This document shows, in pieces, positions 48,030-57,121 of a DNA stretch of 64,000 nt. Source of the stretch: Rhodothermaceae bacterium bin80 (lineage in GTDB: Bacteria; Bacteroidota; Rhodothermia; Rhodothermales; Bin80); assembly GCA_002238805.1 (NCBI GenBank), contig MPNB01000005.1, positions 10,256-74,255 on the forward strand. The letters run 5' to 3'. The notes beneath the pieces were generated by a model. The model was not told where the DNA came from and did no database searches. It was given only the letters and a program-made list of their open reading frames with translations. The first letter of the stretch is position 1; every line of letters begins with the position of its first letter. The position numbers were made by a program, and so were the translations under genes.

Positions 48030-48647
48030 ATGAATGATGGACTTTCCCAGCACGAAGCTAGACTGCTTACCGGTCAAGAAGCGTTTCACGGGCAGAAAGT
48101 CCTGCCGCCGCTCCAACTGATTGACTTTTGGCGCTGGTCGGGCTCCATGCTTTCAGATAACACCACTCGAGGAGTTCTTGCTGAGTTTCTCGTTGCGGCG
48201 GCACTGGGACTTCACAAAAAGGTAAGGAGGGCATGGGATGAGTGTGATATTCGCACGACATCTAATACCTTAATAGAAGTGAAATCTGCAGCCTATAATC
48301 AGACATGGAAACAGTATAAATCTTCTACGATCCGGTTTGGGGTAGCACCTCACAGAAGCTGGAACGCGGAGACTGGAAAGTTCAGAGAAGGAAACAGGCG
48401 GTGGGCTGACATCTATGTTTTCTGCGTGTTTAAGGGAAAGAACTCTCTTGACTGCCTTGATATGAGTGAATGGGACTTTTATGTCATTGCTACCAGAGTC
48501 TTGGATCAAGAAGTTCCTCAGCATAAAACGATTGGTTTGAATTCTCTTAAAAAGCTCTCTCCACACAAATGCAGCTTCGAAGTTCTGCAAAAGGTGATTC
48601 TGGATGTCGAAAAGGAGGTAAAGGAGAATAGGCCCTCGTCTTTATAA
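48030..48647 (+). CDS. PD-(D/E)xK-like nuclease-fold protein, orphan
   Basis: The helix GVLAEFLVAAALG is followed by WDECDI....LIEVKSA (D...ExK spacing). 205 aa. Confidence 0.5.
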   Translation: MNDGLSQHEARLLTGQEAFHGQKVLPPLQLIDFWRWSGSMLSDNTTRGVLAEFLVAAALGLHKKVRRAWDECDIRTTSNTLIEVKSAAYNQTWKQYKSSTIRFGVAPHRSWNAETGKFREGNRRWADIYVFCVFKGKNSLDCLDMSEWDFYVIATRVLDQEVPQHKTIGLNSLKKLSPHKCSFEVLQKVILDVEKEVKENRPSSL

Positions 48648-48954
48648 ATGTGTCATCGTTCCCACATTGAAAAGTCCATGCCCAGGTACCAGATGGTGTA
48701 GTTGTCTGGCCTGAATTAGTTTGACGGCAGCTTAAGTTTGACCTCTCCCTATTCTCCTCCCAATCGGTTGTTTTTGAGGATCAAATCTCTTCATTGAAGC
48801 CTCAACTTCCTTTTTTTCGTGGCGAACCCCCAGATAGGGGGAAGTTCAGGCCCGACGATTTCCCGATACGCAATCCACGCGCAGCCACCCATTATTTGTC
48901 AAAAAGTATCTGGGGACGAATATGCTACTATCAGAGGCCGCCCCAATATGTGAG

Positions 48955-49773
48955 CTACCGAAGGCGGTCTTTGTGCTCAATGTAGAGCGCCCGAAATAGC
49001 ATGTACGACGTTTGAGCGGTCTCTCTCGTGAACCAGTAATTGACACCTGCACCGACCGCCGCACCAGCCAACGGGATGGTCTGTAACAGTTTTCGGCCGA
49101 CCAAATTCTTTGCCAGCTCACGTGGCACATGCCTGGACTGGTCCGAAAATACCCCACGAACACGCCCCTGGTAAGTGCCGCCGCCCGCATAAGAGGCGGC
49201 GGCTATGCCCACTTCGTGCAAGGCACCGCTGCGGGCCTCCCGAGAATTGGCTGCCGCCGCATTGTAGATCGACAATACGATCGACCCATGCTCAGGCCCC
49301 ATCATCGGAAATCCATATGCCGCCCCAATCCGCTGAATGAGATGAAGATTAATCGCGAAGAGCAACGGAATGTCTGCTGCGATAAGCATTACTCCACCCA
49401 GTCCTGTTCCGCCCCCACTGAGCGCAGCCATTACAGTATTCTGGGTGAACAGGCCCTTAGCTATGGTGTCGAGTGTTTCCAGAGGCGCGGTGCGTAAATC
49501 TTCGACGTTTTTGATATCCAAGCCCCTCTTGCGCGCCTCAGATTGGATACTGCCCAAGTCAACGGCCCACTTGGTGGCATCGTTGAGCTTAGATAAAAAG
49601 ACACCAATAGCATCACTCATTTGATCTACGAGACTGGTTGGGACTCCTTGCTCCACCGCCCAGTCTACCGGACGCATGACCCAGTCCATCGCTCGAGCAA
49701 CAAGGGAAGCATCGCCACGCAACCACGCGTCAACTTCCTTCTGTGCAGATCTTTCGTAAGATGTAAGCTGCAT
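48955..49773 (-). CDS. EcsC-family protein
   Basis: The block SGGGTGLGGVMLIAADIPLLFAINLHLIQRIGAAYGF matches my recollection of the EcsC family core. Confidence 0.55.
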   Translation of the reverse strand: MQLTSYERSAQKEVDAWLRGDASLVARAMDWVMRPVDWAVEQGVPTSLVDQMSDAIGVFLSKLNDATKWAVDLGSIQSEARKRGLDIKNVEDLRTAPLETLDTIAKGLFTQNTVMAALSGGGTGLGGVMLIAADIPLLFAINLHLIQRIGAAYGFPMMGPEHGSIVLSIYNAAAANSREARSGALHEVGIAAASYAGGGTYQGRVRGVFSDQSRHVPRELAKNLVGRKLLQTIPLAGAAVGAGVNYWFTRETAQTSYMLFRALYIEHKDRLR

Positions 49774-49815
49774 GACAACGCGTAAATTTCAGCCCAGTAT
49801 GATCAATGTAACCTC

Positions 49816-50616
49816 CTACAGCAATATCAGACCCAGTACCCCAACTCCTACGCAATAGAACGCAAATGTATGCAGTCGTCCACGGCGAACAAAGTCAAGA
49901 ACCACACGAATAGCAAAAATGCCTGCGCCGTACGCCATAACCGTACCAAGGAGTATCGGCAACCAGTCCACGGCTTCCAGAGATTGCAAAAGAGCCATCC
50001 CCTTGATCAGCGTCGCTCCGAGAATAGCCGGCAGAACCATTATGAATGAAAAATCCGCAGCAGCTTCAGGTTTAATGCCGAACAACAACCCAGTACTGAT
50101 AGTAGCCCCTGATCTGGACATCCCCGGAAGAAGTGATACCGCCTGTGCAACACCCATAAACAGAGACTTCCATAGTGTGATCTGGCCACCCTGCGACCGT
50201 GCCAGTATCGTAAATCCAAGCAATACCCCCGTCACGATCAACATCATGCACGCGAACCAAGGGCGCGCATAGGTCCATTCTAAGTGTAGATCAAGGAACA
50301 CATACGCCATACCGGCAGGGATGCTCGCGAAAATTACCAACCATGCTGTCCGCACGTTTGTATTAGTGTGGTAGGCTTTGCGGGTATGCAGTAACGTGCG
50401 GACCGTATCTGTTACAATCGCCCCCAATCGATGCCTGTACACCGTCATGATGCTGAATGCCGTGCCTGTGTGAAGCAAAACTTCGAACGTCACATCCGGC
50501 GTAAGCTGAATCCCAAGCACATGCTGCGCGAGAACAAGATGCCCGGAGGAAGAAACAGGGAGGAACTCTGTTAATCCCTGCAATAATCCCAGTATTATCG
50601 CCTGCCACCACGTCAT
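49816..50616 (-). CDS. uppP: undecaprenyl-diphosphate phosphatase
   Basis: The ATG at 50616 gives MTWWQAIILGLLQGLTEFLPVSSSGHL, and the later block PGMSRSGATI is present. Confidence 0.92.
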   Translation of the reverse strand: MTWWQAIILGLLQGLTEFLPVSSSGHLVLAQHVLGIQLTPDVTFEVLLHTGTAFSIMTVYRHRLGAIVTDTVRTLLHTRKAYHTNTNVRTAWLVIFASIPAGMAYVFLDLHLEWTYARPWFACMMLIVTGVLLGFTILARSQGGQITLWKSLFMGVAQAVSLLPGMSRSGATISTGLLFGIKPEAAADFSFIMVLPAILGATLIKGMALLQSLEAVDWLPILLGTVMAYGAGIFAIRVVLDFVRRGRLHTFAFYCVGVGVLGLILL

Positions 50617-50650
50617 GGATAAATATTTTTGTCGCGCAACTGAAGATATC

Positions 50651-52282
50651 TCATGGCAAGGCGGGTTCAACCATCACGACTTCCTCACGACTCACGGCAA
50701 CCTCACCAGTTGGAGTACCCCGTACCTTACGAACGTACTTGCGCGGGGTAACAATAACCGGAGCCACACTGCTGGTTCGTGCCTTGCTGTGCCAAGCCAC
50801 AATCGCCGCCGCCTGCTCTATTAGATGATTGCTTGGCCGCGCATCACGCCCAGGCAACCTTAGAACCGCGTGCGCCCCGCTTACCCCACGTGCATGCATC
50901 CATAAATCAAACGGACGTGCATACTGGAGTGTTAGGACCTCACTCTCCTTTGCATTACGACCAACCCACAGTTCATAGGGGGGCACAAGAGGGTAGCGCC
51001 TGAAAGGTTGATTGGGGCGCACAGACTGCTTATGTGTCTTCTGGAATGCTTTGAGATCCTTTTGCGTTCGGGTTTTTTCCAATGCCTGCAACTGCTGCTT
51101 CAATGACTCCGCTTTCTCCTCGGCCTGTCTGATGAGTGTATTCAGGTGCGCACGGGATGTGCGTGCCTTGCGTGCTTTCGAGTAATAGCGTTCAGCATTC
51201 TGCAGAGAGTTCAGTGCCGGATCCAGTGATACAGTCAATTCAGTTTCGGGATTAAAAACATCCTGGATACGCACACAGTGCTTACCTGTCGGCAACGGCG
51301 GTGAGGCCATCAAAATATGTCCCAATCGTTCATATTCATCTGCACGCGAGGGACGAGACCGCTCAACTCTCATTCGTTCGGCTGAACGCTCAGCTTTGTC
51401 CAGCATCCGCACGAGGGTTTTTCGTAGAGGTTCATACTGTGCGCGATAGGCCCTCTCTGAGAGCGCATGTCGCGCATAAGTATGCAGCCCATTATCTATA
51501 TCGCTGTACACACGTACATCCTCCCCACTTCGCGCCTTGAGGGGAATGAGTGAGATCGCAGCTGGATCCTGGTACACATACAAGGGTCCTTGTGCACTCA
51601 GCAGCCGTTTGTGCAATGTCTGGGCCACTTCAAATACCAGAGTCGCATCAAGTGTTTCTGCGCTGCGCCCCTTCAACTCCTGAACCTGCATAACTTCCCT
51701 GGCCTGATCCCTATTGAAACGCACAAAAATACGTTGTATGGCCTTTATTGCACTGCCGCGTGCATCCTTCCAACGCTTGGCAAACTCCACAACATTCGTG
51801 GGCTCTGGCGCAGCGCACAAAGGGGGAAGCTCCGCGGGGGCACGTTTACGAAACGCCTCCTGTACCTGGCCTTTTTTGTTTGCCAGAAGCACATTGGCGC
51901 GAGCCCCATACAGATGCGCCTGAAGCTGAATACCTCCCGTACACTTCAAAGTTAGAACGCGATCACTATCCGAAACCATGATCTCTATAATTGACCGCCC
52001 GCGTAGTAATCGTAACAGGGGCTTAACGTTGCGTCTTGGGCGCCCTACCTCTGTACGCCTGAATGCACCGATAATTGGCGCGTGTGTCAGGAATGACGCC
52101 GCCGTAACAGCACCATCCTGTTCGAGTGCTACGGTCAATTCCCCCGGTGAATGGGACCAAGCATCCAGAACTTTGCTGCCTGGAAGAATCTCATTCCAGG
52201 CGCGGGCAAGCCGGCGTAACAGATAATAATTGTTTAGCATCCTGGATGCTGCACAAAAAGGCAGCACTTGTTCGATCGACAC
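50651..52282 (-). CDS. NFACT-family (FbpA/RqcH-like) protein with DUF814 region
   Basis: 543 aa with a coiled-coil middle. The C-terminal block WVGRNAKESEVLT...DLWMHARGVSGAHAVL is the NFACT-R signature. The exact start is uncertain. Confidence 0.75.
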   Translation of the reverse strand: MSIEQVLPFCAASRMLNNYYLLRRLARAWNEILPGSKVLDAWSHSPGELTVALEQDGAVTAASFLTHAPIIGAFRRTEVGRPRRNVKPLLRLLRGRSIIEIMVSDSDRVLTLKCTGGIQLQAHLYGARANVLLANKKGQVQEAFRKRAPAELPPLCAAPEPTNVVEFAKRWKDARGSAIKAIQRIFVRFNRDQAREVMQVQELKGRSAETLDATLVFEVAQTLHKRLLSAQGPLYVYQDPAAISLIPLKARSGEDVRVYSDIDNGLHTYARHALSERAYRAQYEPLRKTLVRMLDKAERSAERMRVERSRPSRADEYERLGHILMASPPLPTGKHCVRIQDVFNPETELTVSLDPALNSLQNAERYYSKARKARTSRAHLNTLIRQAEEKAESLKQQLQALEKTRTQKDLKAFQKTHKQSVRPNQPFRRYPLVPPYELWVGRNAKESEVLTLQYARPFDLWMHARGVSGAHAVLRLPGRDARPSNHLIEQAAAIVAWHSKARTSSVAPVIVTPRKYVRKVRGTPTGEVAVSREEVVMVEPALP

Positions 52283-52812
52283 ACCCCACCGGATGCACTC
52301 GAGATTAGCAGTGTTGTACCTCAGCAGGTCAAAAATTGAACCATGGATACGCTTCCTCTTCTACTCTACCACGATTTGACTGGTTACAGATGCGCTAAAC
52401 CGGTCACCGTTACCATATTGTCCATCAATGCGTCAAAATTATGCGAACAAACTGTATCGCTAACCGCCGAGTCTGATAAGTTGCGGAATACTACTAACAT
52501 AGCCTGTACGATCATTGATATCGCAGCAGCACAGCGTCGATGCGAGTAATGCAAACGCCACACTCGATTGCTCGAAAATGTGTGCCTAATTCCCATGAAA
52601 TTATTTCGTTGTTGCCGTAGGAACTATCACGCACGAACATCCGAAAATACTCCTCGCTGCAGTTACGGACTTGTGAGGGGCTCCATGAGGGAATAAACCA
52701 TGGCTGTGTTTGTCGGTGGATTTTTAGGTATATTCTTACCGTGGTTCTACCCAAAGACGCACCACAGTGGTGATATCCACGGGTTGGGTGCACTTATATT
52801 GACGAGATCACA

Positions 52813-54372
52813 ATGAAACGTTACATCTGCCTCGCCACCCTTGCCCTTTTTATCACGCATTTAGCCGGTGCACAACAGATCCCGTCGATGATTGGTTCAC
52901 GCGTGCAATGTACTGACAACACGGCCGCCGGCCACGCATGCAGCAACGTTGACATGCTATCCCGCTTGTCGATGCAGGATATGGAGATTGAGTACATCAA
53001 CGACATTTGGGGGTGGGTTGACCCGGATACAAAACGTGAATATGTACTCCTAGGTGCGTTCTCTTCAGTAGTTTTTGTTGATGTTACTGATCCCATAAAC
53101 CCCATTTACCTGGGCCAACTACCAGGCCATGATTCACAAGTGAAGACCCTTTGGCGTGATATGAAGGTTTACAAAAATCACATGTATGTAACGGTTGATG
53201 GGAATGGCATGAATGGTGTACAGGTCTTTGACCTAAGTCAACTGCGCTCTTATAGTGGCATCCCTATCAACTTCCAGGAAACTGCTGTCTACAGCGCGAT
53301 CACAACTGCGCACAACATTGCTATAAATGAGGAGACCGGCTTCGCATACGTTGTGGGGTACAGGCTGTCGCATTTGGGGGGGGGTGTCGCTGATACATGT
53401 GGTGGGAGAGGACTGCATATCGTGGACATCCGGGATCCGGTCAATCCAGTCTACGCCGGCTGCTTTTCAGATTTATTCACCGGCAGAGGCGGCAGTGGGT
53501 ATACACACGATGTTCAATGCGTAATCTACCGCGGGCCGCAGATCAAGTACCAAGGCAGAGAAATCTGCATCGGATCGAACGAAACCCACATCAGCATAGC
53601 CGACGTGACCGATAAGGAAAACCCCGTGGCATTGGCAGCAGCAGACTACCCGCACGTGGGGTATTCACATCAGGGCTGGCTCACCGAAGACCATAAATAT
53701 TTCCTGATGAATGATGAGTTTGATGAGCGGCATGAGAATCCGGTAACTAACACGCGCACAATTATTTGGGACCTGTCCGACCTTGATGACCCAATCTACC
53801 ACTCCTCGTTCAGTCACTCGACAACATCAATCGACCACAATCTCTACGTGCACGGCGACTACCTATACGCAGCCAACTATACCACCGGCCTGCGCATCGT
53901 GGATATTTCAGATATCAAAAAACCCCGGGAAGTGGCACACTTCGACACACATCTGATCTCCGATAACAAAGGTTTTGACGGAGCTTGGAGTTCATTTCGC
54001 TTTCCTGAGAGTGGCACTACAGTAGTTGGCAGTTATCCAGACGGTCTATTCATTCTAGATCCGATGCCGGGCATGATTACGAGTACTGATGGATCGGCAG
54101 AAATCCCTGAATCCTTTTCGCTCTCGTCTGCATACCCGAACCCTTTCAATCCTACTACATCCACAGTGCTCGCACTGCCTGAACAGGCTGAGGTGCGCGC
54201 AGAAGCTCTTGATCTGCTTGGGCGGTCCGTCAATGTGATACACCACGGGGTACTGCCTGCAGGCGAGCATACGCTGACCTTTGACGCAGGGAATCTGCCA
54301 AGCGGAACTTACTATATCCGGGTTCAGACAGACCGATATGTGACCGGCACGAAGGTCATATTGATCAAGTAA
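52813..54372 (+). CDS. choice-of-anchor-B/LVIVD beta-propeller protein with T9SS C-terminal sorting domain
   Basis: A signal peptide is present and the core is paralogous to 38108-40444. The C-terminus is SAYPNPFNPTTSTVLALPE...GTYYIRVQTDRYVTGTKVILIK (T9SS type A CTD). Confidence 0.82.
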   Translation: MKRYICLATLALFITHLAGAQQIPSMIGSRVQCTDNTAAGHACSNVDMLSRLSMQDMEIEYINDIWGWVDPDTKREYVLLGAFSSVVFVDVTDPINPIYLGQLPGHDSQVKTLWRDMKVYKNHMYVTVDGNGMNGVQVFDLSQLRSYSGIPINFQETAVYSAITTAHNIAINEETGFAYVVGYRLSHLGGGVADTCGGRGLHIVDIRDPVNPVYAGCFSDLFTGRGGSGYTHDVQCVIYRGPQIKYQGREICIGSNETHISIADVTDKENPVALAAADYPHVGYSHQGWLTEDHKYFLMNDEFDERHENPVTNTRTIIWDLSDLDDPIYHSSFSHSTTSIDHNLYVHGDYLYAANYTTGLRIVDISDIKKPREVAHFDTHLISDNKGFDGAWSSFRFPESGTTVVGSYPDGLFILDPMPGMITSTDGSAEIPESFSLSSAYPNPFNPTTSTVLALPEQAEVRAEALDLLGRSVNVIHHGVLPAGEHTLTFDAGNLPSGTYYIRVQTDRYVTGTKVILIK

Positions 54373-54976
54373 GAAACTTAAGCAGGGCGAAGCCCCCTGC
54401 GAGGAGCACTGCAAAAGCAATTGCGAGCCAGTTAAAGTAGCGATCAACGAAGCTGCGTACTGGTTCTCCAAAGCGCCAGATCAGGATGCTCACAAGCATG
54501 AACCGTGCTGTGCGACTGGTAGCTGAGGCCAAGAGGAACAGTGGAAAAGATGTGTCAAAGGCACCGGCACTGACGGTGAAGAGCTTATAGGGAATGGGCG
54601 TGAATCCTGCGGTAAAGATGATCACAAAACCCCACTCTTCAAACCTCTGCCCCAAATCCGCATAAACCGCCTCACTGAATCCGGGGATATTGTGAAAGAA
54701 AAACTGTGCGAGCGCCGTAAACCCATCGGGGGTCAGCCACGCGTAATGACCCAGTGCGTATCCAATCATCCCGCCACAAAGTGAACCTGCACTGCACAAG
54801 AGCCCGAAGTACAATGCCTTCCTGCGTTGGCCCAGTGCGAGCGCAATCAAAAGTACATCCGGGGGAATAGGAAAGAACACCGACTCAGCCACGGCCAGCA
54901 CAAACAGCGCCACCGCACCATAGGGGGACTCGGCCCAGCCGAGTACCCAATCATATAGCCGCCTGATCCAGTGCAA
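54365..54976 (-). CDS. YqaA/DedA-superfamily membrane protein
   Basis: The block ESVFFPIPPDVLLIAL is typical of the YqaA (VTT-domain) family. 203 aa with several transmembrane helices. Confidence 0.7.
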   Translation of the reverse strand: MHWIRRLYDWVLGWAESPYGAVALFVLAVAESVFFPIPPDVLLIALALGQRRKALYFGLLCSAGSLCGGMIGYALGHYAWLTPDGFTALAQFFFHNIPGFSEAVYADLGQRFEEWGFVIIFTAGFTPIPYKLFTVSAGAFDTSFPLFLLASATSRTARFMLVSILIWRFGEPVRSFVDRYFNWLAIAFAVLLAGGFALLKFLT

Positions 54977-54982
54977 GACTAC

Positions 54983-56389
54983 CTACTCTATCCCGACGCG
55001 TTCTCTGAAACGCGGATGATTGTATATCTCCGGCGGACAATGCTCCCTGAACTGCTTCTTGTACTCTGGATTTAGCTCAAAGGACTTTGACAGCGCATCC
55101 AGGCACAAATCAACCTTCCCGAGCATAAACAGAAGTTCAGAATACTGATACCATGCCTCTGAGCACTCCGGATCGAGTTCGATTACACGCTCATAAGCTT
55201 TGCATGCCTTGCGTGTCTCTCTGTTTTGGGACAGCACTGATGCATACTCCATCCAGACTCGATAATCATCAGGCAGTAACTCTGTCATCCTCCTGAACGA
55301 GTTCGCCGCTTTCCGTGTGTATCCTGCAATTAATTCGGCATCGCCCCTACAACACCAGAAATCCAGATTATCATCAGAAAGCTCGGTAGCCCGGGTATGA
55401 GCCTTAACGGCTAAACGGTGCCGCCCCATCGCCGTATAGCAGCAACCGAGTCCATGCCATGCCATAGCAAAGTCAGACTCAACATCGAGCGCCTTCCGAA
55501 ACAAGCGAACGCTGCGATCCAAGTCATCCAGCTCTGCAGCAGCAAGCGCCATATTGCAATACGCCTGCGCATCATCGCCCAGACGATCAAGAACCTCCTG
55601 ATAACACTCTATCGCCTCCTCAAAGCGCCCAAACAGTGCTAGTGTGTTACCTCGATTATGGTAACCCGGTATAAAGCTCGAGTCAATATCCAGGGTGAGG
55701 TCGTAGCAGCGTAGGGCCTCCTCCATCCGCCCGAGTTTCGTCAGTACGACTCCTTTATTAAACCAGGTCTCACACGAATACGGATCTAAATCAATTTGGC
55801 GAGAATAGGCATCCAGACTAGCCTCGGAATCCTGAAGAAGATCGTAGCAGTACCCGAGCTCAAACCAAACATCCGGATGCTCCGGGTTTCGATCTGCACA
55901 CATCTGCAGGTTAGCAACAGCCTCTTCGATCTTGCCTAGCCGGGCCGATGCACAACCCAAATGGAAGTTAGCATCCTCATTAAGCGGATCCACACGAACA
56001 GCCTCATCAAAACGCTTAATGGCCTCATCGACACACCCAAGTGCCTCAAGCGTTAGGCCCATATTGAGCAAAATCTCGCTGTCCTGGGGATTTAGACTGA
56101 GCGCTTTTTCCAATGACTGGTGCGAATCTTCATAACGGCACAGGTTCCCTAACAAAACACCCCGCTTGAGCCAGGTATATGCAGAAAAAGGCTGAACTGT
56201 CAGAATCTGATCTATTGCAGAAAGAGCCTCCTCAAACCGGCCGGATTCAAAGTAATGGAATGCTATTTTATCAAGCGAATCAACATCAAAATACGTTCCA
56301 GGACTCCTGCGCTCAAAAGCATTGATCAAGGCCTTGATATTCTGACCCTCAGACGAATCGTCGTCTCTGTAATCATAATAAATACTCAT
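54983..56389 (-). CDS. tetratricopeptide-repeat protein
   Basis: More than 10 consecutive 34-aa TPR units are present (e.g. AWFNKGVVLTKLGRMEEALRCYDLTLDIDS). Confidence 0.85.
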   Translation of the reverse strand: MSIYYDYRDDDSSEGQNIKALINAFERRSPGTYFDVDSLDKIAFHYFESGRFEEALSAIDQILTVQPFSAYTWLKRGVLLGNLCRYEDSHQSLEKALSLNPQDSEILLNMGLTLEALGCVDEAIKRFDEAVRVDPLNEDANFHLGCASARLGKIEEAVANLQMCADRNPEHPDVWFELGYCYDLLQDSEASLDAYSRQIDLDPYSCETWFNKGVVLTKLGRMEEALRCYDLTLDIDSSFIPGYHNRGNTLALFGRFEEAIECYQEVLDRLGDDAQAYCNMALAAAELDDLDRSVRLFRKALDVESDFAMAWHGLGCCYTAMGRHRLAVKAHTRATELSDDNLDFWCCRGDAELIAGYTRKAANSFRRMTELLPDDYRVWMEYASVLSQNRETRKACKAYERVIELDPECSEAWYQYSELLFMLGKVDLCLDALSKSFELNPEYKKQFREHCPPEIYNHPRFRERVGIE

Positions 56390-56458
56390 TGAACTACCTC
56401 AATGGGCTTATCAAGCGTATGCTGCAAGTTACGCAAATACGCCCGAAATTTCAAATGT

Positions 56459-57046
56459 ATGGGGATTTTTTTGCTCCAGGAAAACCTGATTTTCAGCTAT
56501 TCTGTAACTCTGCCAGCCGGAACACGCTGGATCCCCCGGTGTAAGGTATACGTCAACTCACACGATACTGCATTGTCCAGACTCTCCAAAGATCAGCGCC
56601 GGGAAGTCCGCGACCGCTTTCAAGCATTTCTAAAACGTAGAGGCCTGCGGCAAACCCGGGAACGACTTGTCGTTCTTGATGCCATATACGATGCCAAAGG
56701 TCACATAGATGCAGATACGCTGCACTTTCAACTGAAGCAGCAGAAGCACTCTATCAGCCGTGCGACCGTCTACAATACGCTCAGTCTGCTTCTGGATTCC
56801 GACCTCGTGGTCCGTCATCAGTTCGGAAACTCACAGGCCAAATATGAACCCTCCTTCCGCTTTTGGCAGCATGATCATTTAATCTGTCTGGATTGTCACC
56901 ACATCATGGAATTTTGTGATCCACGCATCCAAAGCATCCAGGAAATGGTTGCAGACATATATGCTTTCGAAATAAAGCGCCATGCACTTAACCTCTACGG
57001 TCACTGCCAGCGAGCAGACTGTGCCAACCGCAGCGCAGCAGCGTGA
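56459..57046 (+). CDS. Fur-family metalloregulator (start uncertain; TTG at 56573 also possible)
   Basis: The blocks are LRQTRERLVVLDAI...HIDADTLH, the winged helix SRATVYNTL, and HDHLICLDCHHIMEF...HALNLYGHCQRADC (CxxC pairs). Confidence 0.8.
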   Translation: MGIFLLQENLIFSYSVTLPAGTRWIPRCKVYVNSHDTALSRLSKDQRREVRDRFQAFLKRRGLRQTRERLVVLDAIYDAKGHIDADTLHFQLKQQKHSISRATVYNTLSLLLDSDLVVRHQFGNSQAKYEPSFRFWQHDHLICLDCHHIMEFCDPRIQSIQEMVADIYAFEIKRHALNLYGHCQRADCANRSAAA

Positions 57047-57121
57047 GTAGACAACCACCTCACCAGCTTCTGCGCGAATTGGCCCACCCTCAGCTCCACC
57101 ACACACACTGTATACGATTCC

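Noticed and set aside
48821-48847. CCCCC-AGATA-GGGGG hairpin after the PD-(D/E)xK-like gene as a terminator
   Set aside because: No U-tract follows on either strand, so support for an intrinsic terminator is weak.
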